Shown: in pieces, positions 62,986 to 64,000 of the stretch
Layout: every line of letters begins with the position of its first letter
How positions within the stretch are numbered: position 1 is the first letter of the stretch
Source: Phoronis australis
Lineage: Eukaryota > Animalia > Phoronida
DNA length: 64,000 nt
Assembly: GCA_002633005.1 (NCBI GenBank)
Contig: NMRA01000154.1
Span: 290,728 to 354,727 of the forward strand
Direction of reading: 5' to 3'
Translations under genes and position numbers: made by a program
The notes under the pieces: model-generated
The model's input: the letters and a program-made list of their open reading frames with translations, nothing else
Told to the model about the DNA's origin: nothing
Database searches by the model: none

Positions 62986-64000
62986 CAGAGAACAAAATAT
63001 CGAAAGGGAACCAAGAAACACAGCAAATCTAAAAAATAAGTCCTCTTACCGTATCTCAGCACTTCAATTTCAGTTCAGAGATAATAGTTTTCATCTTAAA
63101 TCTTCTTATTCTTCACCTTCTTAACCCGCCGTATCATTTTATGTTATGGCCGCAGTTCTACCTCTACAATTCCTGGCAACAGGCGCATTGTAATCCCTCG
63201 TCGGCGAGTCATAACAAGCGTAGAAAGCAGTTGTGGGAAAAGTCGTGTGAGAAGTTTGTGCTGCCCTTATTTCGGTATGTGTGCCTACGTTTTGTAGGAT
63301 TTCCGAAAGACGTGGAGGGAAGTTATGAACAGTTCGCTTCCCTGCCAGGTACATTTCTCATCATAAGTTAGTCATCTATAATTCCTCAATCCCCAAATGG
63401 AATTCCAGATTTTGTTTGCCGATTTCTAAGTAGACGTCTCGTCCCGTTCACTGCCACTGGTGAACCCGAATGCCTGCACAAGTATTGTTTTTTAACTCAC
63501 GTGACAAATGTCAACTCACTTGATACATCCCGGTAAAATACAAAGATACAGTATCAAAGTTTGACATCAGCGTAGGCCTACACAGCAATGGGTTTTATGT
63601 CAAGACTAAATTAGCAACAGAGATGTGATGTGATAAGCTGTTACATATTTCTTAAGACATTTTCGGGACTGGGTGAGGAACTCAAGAAGTAAAGCTTAAT
63701 AATTGCCAAATGTATCAAAGAAATGGCATAAGAATATTTATTAAAACTAAAATGAACAACAGTTACAGAACACTCAGAATGGGGCTATTCGGAGAATTCT
63801 CCTCGCGGTGTCGCTGCTGTACTAGTGGTGATTAAATTGCGCATGCGTGGCTGTCTGCATGTAAACAACTGGTAAAAGATGGAATTTTTATCAAAATACG
63901 TCGTCGCGCTAAGCCTTATTACTGCTAATTTCCCTGGTGCAAGTCTTCGACAGGTGGCCACAAATTCCCAAAAGACCTAAGGTTACTATATTCGTGGACA

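Noticed and set aside
62499-63032. 177 aa ORF
   Set aside because: It runs through a repeat, an A-rich tract and an ACTCGA motif cluster; no protein-like features
63175-63300. Gypsy integrase zinc-binding fragment (GNRRIVIP...)
   Set aside because: Only the short RIVIP motif matches; the His and Cys ligands are missing

Overview
This is eukaryotic, intron-rich, repeat-rich animal DNA. It looks like a marine invertebrate, but the species cannot be determined from the sequence. There is a ~1 kb assembly gap at 16781-17778. Three spliced genes could be reconstructed by hand with phase-consistent GT-AG introns: an RCC1-repeat protein (minus strand, 8752 down to 3462 or further), a sorting nexin SNX24/22-like gene (plus strand, 14670-19708, 165 aa) head-to-head with it, and an MFSD4/NAGLT1-like MFS transporter (minus strand, 34017-27944, 487 aa). 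The rest is a mosaic of transposon debris: Kolobok-like TTAA elements with long TIRs and a THAP ORF, AcademX-like fragments, an L1/Tx1 RT remnant, Gypsy gag and Tc1-like remnants, MITEs and tRNA-derived repeats. The most unusual items are (1) a ~1.7 kb modular tandem array (53310-54997) with a constant core carrying a CTCF-type motif and three interchangeable linkers, and (2) a divergent pair of type I hammerhead ribozyme motifs (39938-39975 minus, 40303-40357 plus). Family assignments come from motif recognition, not database searches.
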